Shown here piece by piece: positions 27,372 to 41,175 of a DNA stretch of 64,000 nt (position 1 is the stretch's first letter; each line of letters starts with the position of its first letter). Location: the NCBI GenBank assembly GCA_951406725.2, contig OX597816.1:8618001-8682000 (forward strand), read 5' to 3'. The position numbers and the translations under genes are program-made. The notes beneath the pieces are model-generated. The model was not told the DNA's origin. It did no database searches and saw only the letters and a program-made list of their open reading frames with translations. This DNA comes from Octopus vulgaris. Lineage: Eukaryota.

Positions 27372-29518
27372 TTGTGTGTTAATTGCTAGTAAGGACACAG
27401 TGTTTCATTTTGCAACTATTGGATGCTAGCAAATACATTAAGGGTTTATAAGTCAATATCATGTCCTGCTTTTGTGTTAGCAGTGCATTGTCTTCATTTT
27501 TAATTTTCTCTCTCCAGATTTTGTATAGAACCCAGAGCCAGCATTGAAAGTTACAACATTTTATATATGAAGACATCTATGTAAACAATGTGATCAAAGA
27601 CAGAAAAATGGGTTAAGGGCAGACATGCATGTTTCAAGAGTTATTGTTCCCTCGTCAGCACCACATGCAACCCATTAACTATCCATGAATACATTGCTAA
27701 AATACCCACCAAGTTTAGCAGTATAACACTATTGGATAGAACAATTTATATATTAAACACTGAAGAAGGAGCAATAACTTCTGAAATGTTCATCTACACC
27801 CAATACCTATTTTTCTAACTTCAATCACATTGCTCACATAGATGTATTTGTATACAAAACATCACAACTTTCAGTTCTGGCTCTAAATTCAATCAAAAAT
27901 CTGTAAACTTTTAAATACACACACACATATAATATAATATGTGACAAATATTCGGTAGCCAAGATAAAACTCTGAGTTTCGGATGCTGAGGTGGAAATCC
28001 ACACCACCATCTCTTCAGTTATCCGGCCATCGGCAAAAAGCTATGGAAAAAGACCGTTTTACATACATACCCGCATACAGGTTTTAGTGAAGAAATAACC
28101 TAAAAGATGGTGGTTTAAAGTTGTGTTTACTGAAGAGCTTCCTGTAAGTATGGTTGACTGGAAAATGTCTATCTATCAGTGCTAAGAAATATTTGCCTAT
28201 ATTGAAGGTCACCTCGGGTGAGTAGGGAGGTGTGAACCAGATGATCTTTGGGCTAGTGACAGGTGTATAGGTTATTTCTTCGCTAAAACCACTATCTTTT
28301 AGGTTATTTCTTTGCTAAATATATATATATCATCATCATCATCATCGTTTAACGTCCGTTCTCCATGCTAGCATGGGTTGGACGGTTCGACCGGGGATCT
28401 GGGAAGCCAGAAGGCTGCACCAGGCTCCAGTCTTATCTGGCAGTGTTTCTACAGCTGGATGCCCTTCCTAACGCCAACCACTCCGTGAGTGTAGTGGGTG
28501 CTTTTTACGTGCCACCTGCACAGGTGCCAGGCGAGGCTGGCAACGGCTACGGTCGGATTGGTGTATATATATAATGACAGTGTGTCTACTGACTAAAACA
28601 AGTAAAAACTAAATGATAGGGGTCCTTGGACCCACTGGATCCTGTCAAACTGTCTAACCCATGCCAGCATGGAATACAGACGTTAAATGATGATTCATTT
28701 GCTCTATGTGAAGACATATTTTCAAAAAGTAACTCAGTCATTTTATATCTTTCACTTGTTTCAGTCATTACAATTGTGGCCATGCTGGGGCAACCACCTT
28801 GAAGAATTTTAGTTAAGTGAATTGACCCTGGTACCTATTTTTTTAAAACCTGGTATTTATTCTATCAGTCTCTTTTGCCGAACTGTTAAGTTCTGGGATG
28901 CGTAAACACCCCAATACCAGTTGTCATGCAGGGGTGGGGGACAAACAGACACGCACGCACACATGATAAGCCTAGTACTTATTCTATGAACCTTTTTTCT
29001 GAATCACTAAGTTATGGGGATATAAACAAACCAACACTGGTTATCAAGTCGTGAGTGGGGGACAAACAGACACAAACACATAACTACATATATATGTGTG
29101 TGTATGTACCAGATATATTGTGTTTGTGTGTGTTTTTGTCACCACTACCAATTGACAACTGATGTTGGTATGTTTATGTCCCTGTAACTTAGTGGTTCGG
29201 CAAAAGAGAACAATAGAATAAGTACTAGGCTCTAAAACAAAATAAGTGGTGGGGTCCAATTCATTTGACTGGAAAATTCTTCATGGCCAGACTTGGCTGA
29301 AACAAGTAAAAGATAAAAGATCTCACTGGGCTATTATTAAAAGAAAGTGAAATTGCTGAAAGAAATGCTATGAGTATTAACATAACATCTGAAATTTCCA
29401 TGAAAATGTTATTCTTACTGAGTGCTGGAAAGATTAAATGGATAGCAAGTGATACTGAGATTCAATTTATTTCAGAAATTAAGTTATTTCATTTGTGTCA
29501 ACAAACATTTGCCAGTCG

Positions 29519-29574
<56 letters not shown>

Positions 29575-31066
29575 AAGTTCAAGTAAATGTCTCTCTTAAA
29601 ATTAATAAATGATGTAATGAGTGAAGCGAATAGTGACTTCGAATGAAGTTACCCAATAATTTAGAAAGAGATGAAATATGAATCAATTTAGGAAATAATT
29701 TTTCTTTGAAATCCTGTCATCCTAAATTAACAAGTTCATTCGTTAAGGTGAACTGCTTAATTACATAAAAATTCTCAGAGGATACCAACTTAAAAATTCC
29801 AATTTATTAAGCCTACTTCATGTTTAATTAGAAAGAAAATTTAAATATCTATTTAATTAGATAAAAAATCTGCTAAAAATCAATACTTTGATTTATTTTA
29901 AATCATTGTCTCTGACATTCTGTCAAATATTCACTAGATTTTTAAATACTTTTATAAACATTGAAAATAAATGTTTATGGTACGGAGGCGCAGGAGCGGC
30001 TGTGTGGTAAGTAGCTTACTTACCAACCACATGGTTCCAGGTTCAGTCCCACTGCGTGGCACCTTGAGCAAGTGTCTTTTACTATAGCCTTGGGCCGACA
30101 AAGCCTTGTGAGTGGATTTGGTAGATGAAATTGAAAGAAGCCCACTATATATATATATATGTTTGTCTCCCCACCAACATCGCTTGACAACCCCGTCACT
30201 TCACAGTTCGGCAAGAGAGACCAATAGAATAAGTACTAGGCTTACAAGGAATAAGTCCTGGGGCCGATTTGCTCGACTAAAGGTGGTGCTCCAGCATGGC
30301 CACAGTCAAATAACTGAAACAAATAAAAGAATAAAAGAAAGGTACAAATCTTGATTTCTAATAAAATTCCTAGTATATTTTTCTATCCAGCTTTAAAAAT
30401 CTGGTTTTGTTTGTTGGTTTTTGTTAAAAAAAAGTTGTTGTTGTTTCCTGTTGTCTTTTTGGAAAGAGATAAAAAAATAAATAACTAATTTTATGAATCG
30501 AGTGTAGAGCTTGAACATAGAAAAATAAATGCCTGATTTGTGAATCAATTAGGGGTCTTGGTGAACAGAAATATCAGAACGGTGGGTACCAAAAGCAGTG
30601 AAACAACACTTGTATTGGTGTTTGCATTGTAAGCTGTTTATATATTTTTAAAGTTTCCCTTCCAGGGACATCACAGCTGGTGAACAACTGTAATTGTAAA
30701 TTCCATTACAATTGGTGTGGTTTCTGCAATGAATTAGCAAGAATTATGAGACACACCTCCAAAATATTAATATCTAAAATTTGAGACGGTTTTAACAAAT
30801 TTCACTTTGATTGTTTTATTTTGGGTCATTTTTCAAATTGCTGCCTTTTTTTTTTTAAAGTTTTTTACACAAAATAAACCCCCATCTTCCATGTGCCAAT
30901 CAATTATTTTTGTCTTTTTCTGTGCTGTAATAATAATAATAATAATCATTAACTTTGAAGAAGCTTAAAAAATACATATTTACATAAGAATACAACCAGG
31001 GAATGCTTTGCATATAAAATAAGCCATTGTGAAGATAAGTTTGTTTTTTGTTTTTCTCAATAAAAC

Positions 31067-31416
31067 TCAAGAAGTTGATCGAGCCTCTTCCACACTAACG
31101 GGGCTCCGAGTCCTACTCGTAGATTGATTGTTAGAGGTTCCGTCTAAAATTGCAGGATGCATTGTAAAATGTCCTGATGAATTTGAAGATGAAGATGCGC
31201 AGAGAGTTTTTACATGGACAGAGTTCATGTTCTCATGGTAAGTCAGCTGGCTGCTGTCCGGACTAGGAGACGTAGAATGCATAAGCAAACTACTACTGTC
31301 TGCTAGAAGGCCTTGTCGTTTGGATTTACTAATCTCCAATAAATGGTCAAAGCACTGAGACTTCCTCTTTAGTAATTCCTTCTTGTGTTCCGCTTCTGCA
31401 ACTCGACGTCGAAGTT
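31067..31416 (-). CDS. GMEB: GMEB-like terminal coding exon (ELRRRVAEAEHKKELLKRKSQCFDHLL...RSTS stop)
   Basis: ctttcttag| acceptor, phase 1, coiled coil followed by a Ser-rich tail, TGA at 31067-31069. The spliced CDS totals 1260 nt (419 aa) including the micro-exon. Confidence 0.88.
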
Positions 31417-31492
31417 CTAAGAAAGTAAAGATAAAGAAAATTCATATAAGCAGAGTAATTCTAATATCCTCTCTGTAAGAAAATTTATTTAA

Positions 31493-31716
31493 CCCTTTCA
31501 TTACCAACACGGCTGAAACTGGCTCTGACTCTGCGTACAAATGTCTTGTTTTGAATTATACGTTTTGAATTAAAATCTTCCACCAAACCTTAATCACAAT
31601 TTATGTTCCTAACACTAGCTGAATGAAAACGAAGTTATTTTACTAAATTCTTTGTTATATTTAAAGTAATTGAAAGAAATACAGAGCATCTCAACAGAAA
31701 TACAGTAACGAAAGGG
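31493..31716. mobile_element. piggyBac-like MITE (related copies ~7270-7497, 7515-7763, 33325-33546, 47770-48000)
   Basis: TTAA|ccctttcattac ... gtaacgaaaggg|TTAA. Confidence 0.85.
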
Positions 31717-32792
31717 TTAATCATCTGGAACAGTGGTTCACAACCTTTTTAATATCCAGGCTAGATCCAAAACCTAGAATTTTTTTTTAGGGGTTTACAG
31801 CAAAAAATGTAAAACACAAATGAATTGAAGAAAAATTTATTATAATTCTCGTGGGAAGACTGTCAGAGTCCATTAGAAGGATATTTGAAGGCCACATGTG
31901 GCCCTGGGGTCCGCAGGTGAGAACGACCACATGTATAGATATTCAGATATACATCAAGAAACGAGGACTATATTTTAAGTGCATTCCCTTCTTTTCATTA
32001 CTTTAAAAAAATTATTATTCTTTGAATATTAATTGAAAAAGTAACAAATAAAAACCAAAAACATTTTCTTTACAGACTGGCATGGGGCAGTGCTGTTAAG
32101 AAATTTGCTTTGCAACCATATGGTTCCAGGTACAGTCCTATTTCAAAAGACTTTGGGCAAGTGTCTTCTACTATAGTCTAAACTGTGCCATGTCCCAATG
32201 TCGACTTTGGCATGGTTTTTACAGCTGGATGCCCTTTCTAACACCAAACACTTTATAGAATATGCAGCATACATTTTTGTGGCACCAACATCAATGAGGT
32301 CACCATGTCACTCACAGGACTAAGCTCTCCATGAACTGAATGAGACTAGACTAGCTGGGGAGGCAACTTTAAAGCTAGGAAGAGCCTGGAAGTGTCTTGC
32401 TGCAAAGGAGATACATGGCTTCTTGTATTATATAAGAATAGGTGGAGGCTGGGTGGGCAGAGGTTGCAAGGATGTACAGGGAGAGTGAGGGATGGTTAGA
32501 GATAGGGTAGGGGTGTTTTGACATCATAAGCACCAATATGAATAAAAAAAGAAACAGACTTAATGATGAGATGTGAATCATATATCATCATTATCATTTA
32601 ACGTCTGTTTTCTATGCTGGCATGGGTTGAATGGTTTGACAGGAACTGGCAAGCCAGAGAGCTGCACCAGGCTCAAATTGTCTGTTAGGTGAGGGTTCTA
32701 TGGCCAGAGGCCCTTCCTAATGCCAACCACTTTACAGAGTGTACTGGGTTCTTTTTATGTGACACCAGACAATGTAGCTGCTATTAAAGAAA

Positions 32793-32864
<72 letters not shown>

Positions 32865-33685
32865 CATATTTTTTTTCAGGCCCTTTGTTCCAGCCATTTC
32901 AACATGTTGAACCGTTAATCCCTACATATTTTTTTCCCTCTTAATCCTTTCTGTCAAAGAGCATAGGCTCGAAATGTCAGCAACTTTTCCATTCATCCTG
33001 AGCATTAAACTAATATACCTGCTTATTGTTCCTTTACCTGTCTTTGTCTTTTGCTTTCTGTAAATTTGATCTAAATATATTATGTATGTGTGTGTGTGTG
33101 TGTCCCCGTCCATTTGTTTTACATCCATAATAAAGGATGCAATGTCTCAGCAACTAACAACTGATGCACGTAGTTTGTTTCATTCTTCAGCAACTCTGAG
33201 TGTGAAAAAATGTTTTCAAAAGTCATGGGAGCTGAGCTGTTTACTGACTTTGTAGACATGCCTACATGTGTTAGATACATGGAGCTCAAAAAGACGCTCA
33301 AAGTGGTTGTTAAGAGGTTTTATTTAACCCTTTAGTATTCGGATTACTCTGTTAAATGTAATACTTATTTATTAACATTGTTTTGAATTAATCATGCATT
33401 ATCTTGTAGCTTTGAGATTTCGATGGTGTGTTTGCTTAGCTTTAGAATGACATTGTAGGGTAGGTGTAAGAGGCTGAATCTTGCCAAACATAAAACAGTT
33501 GGAATATTTGAGCCGGATATGGCCGGTTTAAACATTAAAGGGTTAAAGACAAACACATTTTTCTTTTTAATTACCACAATAACAGCTCGAATCAAAACCA
33601 CCCCTCCCCAACGAAAAACCTAAACTTACAAATTTCAAACCAATACCACCAAAGAAAATAAAATGAAAGAATATAGACACTTTAC

Positions 33686-33808
33686 CTTCCATTTCTTTAT
33701 CAAGTTTATCTTTCTGTCGTTCCATGTCAGTCTTGTGAGCTGCCAACCTGTATTTCAGTTTCGATGTCAAACCCAGTTCACTGACAACTCTAGAAACCTT
33801 CCGCACCT
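33686..33808 (-). CDS. GMEB: GMEB-like exon, coiled-coil region (EVRKVSRVVSELGLTSKLKYRL...KEME)
   Basis: attgcag| and |gtaaag, 123 nt, phase 1 to 1; within ORF 33567..33806; heptad-like composition. Confidence 0.88.
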
Positions 33809-33994
33809 CTGCAATTCACAATTAAGCATATGGAATAACACTAATTTCAAATTTTGGCACAAGGCCTGCAATTTGGGGGAAGGAGATAAGTCAATTACAT
33901 CAAGCCCAGTACACAACTGGTACTTACTTTATCGACCGCAAAAAGATGAAAGGCAAAGTCAGCTTTAGCCGAATTTGAACTCAGAACATCAAGC

Positions 33995-34478
33995 TACTGG
34001 GAAAGACTGAAAGTATTAAACCTCTTCTCCCTAGAGCGGAGGCGGGAGAGATATGCAGTGATATACATCTGGAAAATCCTGGAGGGTCTTGTCCCAAACT
34101 TTGGCATTCAAAGTTACCCCAACCGCAGAACAGGGCACCATTGCATGGTGCCAAAGATTCCAACATCACCATCAAAATACAGGTCCAGATACTGCAACAG
34201 CTTGGGTTTCAGAGGACCACAGCTCTTTAACATCCTCCCTAAATGCCTGAAAGACTTACATGGTGTGGATGTGGGTTTCTTTAAAACTAAACTGGATCTC
34301 TTCTTGTTGGGAGTCCCAGATGAACCTACCTCATGACAGGAGACGCAGATGCGGGCAGCAGCATCGAAATCCCTTGTTGATCAAGTGCCACGTATCAGAG
34401 GTGGATTCACATATTAGTGTATCTCATTCAGTGGTGGTGCCCCAGCATGGCCGTGGCCTTCGGGCTAAAACATTTAAG
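33995..34478 (+). mobile_element. CR1/L2-group LINE 3' fragment
   Basis: YWERLKVLNLFSLERRR...IYIWKILEGLVPN...GPQLFNILP...FKTKLDLFL..VPDEP. Confidence 0.8.
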
Positions 34479-35836
34479 GATGGACGAAATACTGTGAAGT
34501 ATTCTGACACAAGGCCAGCAATTTCAGAGAAGTGGAAAGTGGATTACACCGACCCTGGTAGCATTTGAACTCAGAATCTACAAACATGAAATGCAGTTAA
34601 GCATTTTGCCCAGCATACTAACGGTCTTGCAATGATATGGAATGATATTACAATTTTATTATTATTCTTCAAGTCAATTTTCAGTAATAAAACAGACTTG
34701 AAGGTTTTGATACCAGAAAAGAAATTCTTTCTCAATTTGTTTTATGTCTTTTTTTGTCTCTTCTTTTTCCAGGCTTGACATCTTACATTAACTGAGGCAG
34801 TGCTCTGCAACCAGACGGCCTTCCTGTCATCAAGCCTTACCCGGTTTTCAAGTAAGAGTTCTTTTATTTCCCCTCCAAGTCCTACGACTGGCACCCTGCA
34901 GTTGCCAGTGCCACTGGACTGACTCCTGTGCAGGTGGCAAGTAAAGAAACACTGTTTCGACCCTGTGCTTGAGGAAACCTATTGAGTCAAGTACATCAAC
35001 ATCAAAAATCAATGGAAATTGTAGTTGTGATACCAGTGCCGGTGGCATGTAAAAAGCACCATCCGAACGTGGCCAATGCCAGCGCCGCCTTGACTGGCTT
35101 CAGTGCCAGTGGCACGTAAAAAGCACCAACCGACCGTGGCCGTTGCCAGCCTCCTCTGGCCCCTGTGCCGGTGGCACGGAAAAAGCACCCACTGCACTCA
35201 CAGAGTGGTTGGTGTTAGGAAGGGCATCCAGCTGTAGAAACACTGCCAGATCAGACTGGAGCCTGGTGCAGCCTCCTGGCTTCCCAGACACCGGTCAAAC
35301 CATCCAACCCATGCTGGAAAACCGACATTAAATGGTGATGATGATGTCATTGAAAGCATAAAGTGAGCAATGATTTGTTGACAAGGCAACTGACAACAAC
35401 ACCACAGTTTGTAGCTCACGACTTTCAAAAGATATTTTGCATGAATATAAGACAGAATTTGTCAAAGCAGATTTTTCTATTACCAAATGTCCTTTGTGTC
35501 ACCCACACACACCTGTTTCTAAGCAAGACAATATTTTTCCACCGCCAGACATGTTTTCATGGAAGATTGGAAATAAAGGACACTGCTTGTACAACAGTGA
35601 TACTCGTTTACAACTATTGCATTGAAATTACACACTATCACCTTAAAAAGGGAGAGACACACTGAATAATGTAGTCCTAAATACACAATGTTCAATAAAA
35701 GACAGGACAGTCATGGCTGCAATAGGTTAGAGCAGTGTTTCTCAACTGGGGTTCCTCCAGAACCCTAGAGTTCCACAAAAGGTTCCTAGGGGTTCCACTA
35801 GAAAGAAATAAGCCAATGCTAATTTCATGATCATAA

Positions 35837-36211
35837 TCTCTATATATAAAGCTGAAGTTGTCTGTGTATGGCAGGTTTGGGTAGCCTTCAACTAACACTA
35901 TCTCCTCCAAGACCCTGCGGTGCAAGTTGACCAAAATTGAGAGTATGATAGAAGAAGGCTTGCTCTTCCTTCCGTAGAAGAAAAAATTCAAATCAGACTA
36001 TGTTAACACCAAAAATGTGATTTTTTTCTATGAAAATCCCTATTTTTTACGATTTTTTTACTGCTGTGTCGCCATTTTTTGATGTATTTCAAACAGAAAA
36101 ATGTTCACTTAAAGAGAATAACAAGCTACATAATGCAAAATTTTTAGTTTTCAAAAATTCCAATTGTAAAGGGTCAAAACAAACCCGAGCAACGCTGGGC
36201 GATACTGCTAA
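35837..36211 (+). mobile_element. Non-autonomous Helitron nested in a hAT-like MITE (35733-36463)
   Basis: A|TC start, cccgagcaacgctggg hairpin, CTAA|T end. The host MITE cagtgtttctcaac...gttgagaaaccctg has an 8-bp TSD ggttagag/gtttagag. Confidence 0.82.
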
Positions 36212-36302
36212 TATTACTATAAATGTACAACATATTATTGGTTATTGTAATATAGACATCATCCTATCTAACCTATTATATTATCAAAAAAATACAACAA
36301 CC

Positions 36303-36333
<31 letters not shown>

Positions 36334-36529
36334 ATTTACTACGTGAACTACGATGAAAAAAATATGAGAAAGACATGGTATATAATTTTTTTGTGCAGGA
36401 GTTCCTTGAGACATGTAATTTATTTTAATGGTTATGCAAGGGTAAAAATGTTGAGAAACCCTGGTTTAGAGCCTAGGTACGCTCATTCAGGACTGATCTG
36501 ACATTGATTTATAACAAAGTTAAACTTAC

Positions 36530-36652
36530 CTTCAAGTGGACATTGGTTTCGAATGAGCTTATATTTTATATTGTCCAAGGTGTTCTTAAATTCCCGAAAT
36601 ATTTCATCAGCAAGTCCGAGCTCAATGATTCCTTTCCAAAATAGCTGACTTT
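36530..36652 (-). CDS. GMEB: GMEB-like exon (ESQLFWKGIIELGLADEIFREF...CPLE)
   Basis: FWKGIIELGL parallels GMEB FWKGIADVGL. tcttgtag| and |gtaagt, 123 nt, phase 1 to 1. Confidence 0.92.
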
Positions 36653-36741
36653 CTACAAGAGACGAAAAACACGAACATCATTTCTTCAAGGAATAACAGT
36701 AAACAATTATACACTCAATGGAAAGTTTGACTCCTAAGATG

Positions 36742-36773
<32 letters not shown>

Positions 36774-39700
36774 AATGAAAATGTAATAGAATTTAGAATG
36801 TAAAAATTAATTTAGAATAGAATATTAGAATCAACTGTAAGAGAATTCAAAAAATTCTTCTGGACTATTTCACTTGTTTATTTTTAGTGGTTTAGCCCAG
36901 TGGTTTTCATGTGACCCTTGGGGGTCTATATAAGAGTTTGTTATTTAAAATTTAACTGCAATAAGTTGGTTATAATTCTACAATACACAAAATATTTTAA
37001 TATTTTTATACAATCCCTAGTAATATTTAATTATAAAAATACAGTAGGATTTCTTTTTTATATGCAGTGAATGGCTATTGAAGTCCAGTAGAATAAAATA
37101 GGAATCAAAAGGGTCCATAGTAAAAAAAAAAGGGCTGAGGACCACTGATTTAGCCAGAGAAGAGTAGCACTGATGATCCTTTGCAAGACTAATAGGAGAA
37201 AGAAAGGAAGTTGTCATTTGAGAGATCTGGCCTGAACGCTGGCACAGAATGGACACTAACAAAGACACCCAAAAGCTAAGTGGTGGTAGTGCTAAACCAG
37301 AAGCTAAAGTCTACCCCCCAAGAACGAGATTAGTCCTTCCAAAGGATTTCATAGTTTACTCTCCGTGCTGGTGGCATGTAAAAGGCACCATTCGAGCATG
37401 ATCGTTACCAACGTCGCCTTACTGGCACCTGTGCCGGTGGCATGTGTAAAAAGATTCGAGCGAAGTCATTGCTAGTACCGACTGACTGGCCCCATGCCGG
37501 TGGCACATAAAAAGCACCCTCTACACTCTCGGAGTGATTGGCGTCAGGAAGAGTATCCAACTGTAGAAACTCTACCAGATCAAGATTGGAGTCTGGTGCG
37601 GCCATCTGGTTTGCCAGTCCTCAGTCAAAATCTTCCAACCCATGACAGCATGGAAGGCGGACGTTAAACGATGATGATGATGATGATGATGAAAGATTTG
37701 GCTGACGTAACTGGCTTTGCATCAGTTACAACAAGGAGAGTTTTAGTTGATAGAATCAATGGAATGGCCTAATGGGGAAATTAATGTGCAAGTGGCTGAG
37801 TACTCCACAGACACACGTATCCTCAATGTAGTTCTCAAGGAGATTCAGTGTGTCACAGACTGTCACGACTGACCCCTTTGAATCACAGGTACAACTCATT
37901 TTCGTAAGCTGAATGGATTGGAGCAATGTGAAATAAAGTGTCTTGCCTAAGGATACAATGTGGTGCTGGATATTGAACTCATGACCTTACGATTGTCAGC
38001 CGAAAACTTTAACTATGAAGCCACGCACTTTCACTTCGTTGACCTGAGGCTGTGGTGGACGACAATTAAACTAAGGTGTTGTGCACTGGAATTGAACCTG
38101 AGATCACACACTTGCAAAGCACACTTCCTAACCACACAGACCTGCCTGGTGATTACAAAAAGAGAAAAAGAGATTGAATGTAATGAAATTATTTTGAGTG
38201 TATTTTAAGCGAAGAGTAAGGAATAAAGACATCTGAGGGCTTTAGATGAAGTTCACTGAGGCAGATTCTAAGGCTGGGTGCACTTCCTGTTGCCAACCCT
38301 TACCTGTTTCCAAGCAACATAATATTTCCCCATCGGTTAGTCCATATTACTCCGTCAGGAGCATAGGACTGGTTTCCCAGTTTCTCTGGCAAATATATTC
38401 CTCATGGTCCACCACAGGATTGCTCATTCCTGCCAGCTGACTGGAGCAACGTAAAATGAAATATTTTGGTCAAGAACACAGTGCATGGTCTGGTCCAGGA
38501 ATCGAAACCACAATCTTACAATCATGAATCCCACACCCTAACCACAAAGCCATGCACCTCCCCATAGCCAGATATTTTTTCATGGAAAAACTGTACATAA
38601 ATGATGCTCATTTGCAACAGCACACAATGTCAAAACAATGACACAGACATAGACACGTCACAAAACAGACGTTAAAGTGATGACGACAATGATGGTGATG
38701 TTATATTAGTTTGTTTCCATCAATCCTCCCACACTTTTTAGATTATGTTTGTTGTTTGCTTTTTTGCACAAAATAAAGCAGAGAAATATGGAGAGGGAGA
38801 GAGAACTGAGATTTGCAACAGTTTTGCTGAGTAGAAGGTAACCTCACTGGTGCTGGTGCCATCATAAACTGTACCCCATTCACTCTGCAAAGAGGTCGGT
38901 AAACAAGCAGGGGTATCCTAAGGTTGAAAGGACCCTTTATTCTTACTGAGGACATAACAACCTGCCTAGAGCTGGCACCATGATAAAATGCACCCAGTAC
39001 ATTCGGTAAAATGATTGAAGTACATCCAACCATAGATACCTTGCCAGTACAAAATACAAGAACAAGGTGCTTTCCTGCAACTATGTCAAAGAGGGTGGTA
39101 ATTCTGCAAACTGTGGCAACCCCTCTAACTCCTGACAGCATGGAAAGCAAACGATGATGATGGCAAAGATGACATTCTAATTTGTCTCCAATCAACTCAG
39201 TTGGTTCGTTTAGCTTTCATTAGTATTTTCCCTCAATACAAAAACCACTAAGATATCTTTAGCTTAGTCAATGCCAGTAAAACAGACTAACATAGAAAAG
39301 CAAACCTCCAGGTGTTCAAATGTCATTGCTTTTCATTATCATCATCGTTTAACGTCCGTTTTCCATGCTAGCACGGGTTGGACGGTTCGACCAGGGTCCA
39401 ATCTGATCTGGCAGTGTTTCTACAGCTGGATGCCCTTACTAACACCAATCACTTTGTGAGTGAGGCGGGTGCTTTTTATGTGCCAGGGAAGGCTGGCAAC
39501 GGCCACGATCGGTTGGTGCTTTTTACGTGCCACCGGCATGGAAGCCAGTCAAGGCGGCGCTGGCATCAGTCACGTTTGGATGGTGCTTTTTACGTGCCAC
39601 TGGCACAGGGATCACGACTACATGTGCCAAATAATGATGGTGATTAATAACAGAGATACTAAGGAGTTTATTTATCAGTGTGAGAATGTGTCTTGGTAAG

Positions 39701-39838
39701 TATTTCATGAAACGAAGAACAGTTGTTAGTTGATGAAGTACAATGGCTATGTGGTTAAGCTACTAGAGCGATGATCACAGTCGTGAGCTCAAATCTTACC
39801 AGAGCCACCGGGCTGTGCTCCAACATAAGCCATCTCAC

Positions 39839-39871
39839 CAGTAGAACTAGCATGAGGAAATGTCTGTAAAA
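39839..39871 (-). CDS. GMEB: GMEB-like putative 33-nt micro-exon (VLQTFPHASST)
   Basis: Strong pyrimidine tract tttctttctttttgcag| and g|gtgaga; symmetric phase 1 to 1 with an open frame; no homology support. Confidence 0.55.
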
Positions 39872-41175
39872 CTGCAAAAAGAAAGAAACAAAACCAAAAA
39901 AGACTCATTTTGACTTATTAAAACAAAAAGAGTTTTTGAGAAAAGCACAGCACTGAAGTATAGAATATTTAATTTGGCACTTGACATGAAATGTCAAGTG
40001 TCCGCAACTGAAGTGTTCAAAATACATTCCACAGTAAACCTTTTTCAAAAGGATAAACCAAACAAACTGAGGAACCAAATATCTTCCTTTAAATGTTGTA
40101 TTCAAGAAACAACGCAAGGCCCTGAAGATTGAGGCTTCAAGGGGCTGCAAAGAATTTTTAGAAATTGCTTTAATTACTGTTGGGCACCTTGGGCAAGTGT
40201 CTTCTACTATAACCCAGGGTTGACAAAAATGCCTTGTGAGTGGATTTGATAGGCAGACACAGAAAGAAGCATTTCACCCAGGGTGCTCACGTTTCTGCCA
40301 GCTTGCTGCCTTAAAAGATAAAAGATATTATCACAAGAATGGTTTCCTGCTGGGGTTTATTATTTTCTTACAATCTTTCCAAAAGTGAATTGTTTTCGCC
40401 TTCTGTTGAAAGGCTGTCCTAATTGTCAAATGCTTGAAGCATTTTTTAACTGTATGTTTGTTGATTTTTGACAACAGTGATTCAATTTTTTGATCCATGG
40501 GATTTCTTCTCCTTCACTTTGAATGCGTGCCACTTGATAGATGGGTCTTCTCCCTGACTGTTCATTGAATTAACAGCCAATTAGTGTTGGAGGCACAAAA
40601 CAGCACTCAGTACACCAGTACACACTGTAAAGTGGTTGGCATTAGGAAGGGCATTTGGCCAAAGAAGCTTTGCCAAAGTTGTAATTGAAGGGCAATGCAG
40701 CCCTGTGGCTTGCCAAATCCTGTTGAACCAACCACACACACAATGTACTTGTCCAACGTACTTGTCCAACGTACCAACCGATCGGACATTGTACCTTTGA
40801 CCTTTAGATTGTCAAAGCAAATGATTAAATCCAATGAGACCGAAAATAAATAAACTACTGACCCATTCTGTGCCTACCTAACAAAGGGACATACCTAAAC
40901 ATACACACTGGCTTACAAAGTTCTACATACATTCTGAACAGTAAACGTAACCCCGATATTTAATCAATAAAAAATTCCCCAAAACACCTCTCCATAACAA
41001 TCCACTCTAAGACCCAATTACCAACCCACTCTCACACACAAGTAATACTTTAGCCCAACAGAGATTATATAATGCCAAGATTAACTTCAATGCATCACAG
41101 TACAACAATGGCTTGACTGACTAAAACTTTGAAGTCACTGTCCACAATATTCATGTTTAAGTATATATGTAAGTA

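Noticed and set aside
40330-40560. Coding-looking stretch as an extra GMEB exon
   Set aside because: No convincing acceptor, not needed for phase, and no GMEB similarity.
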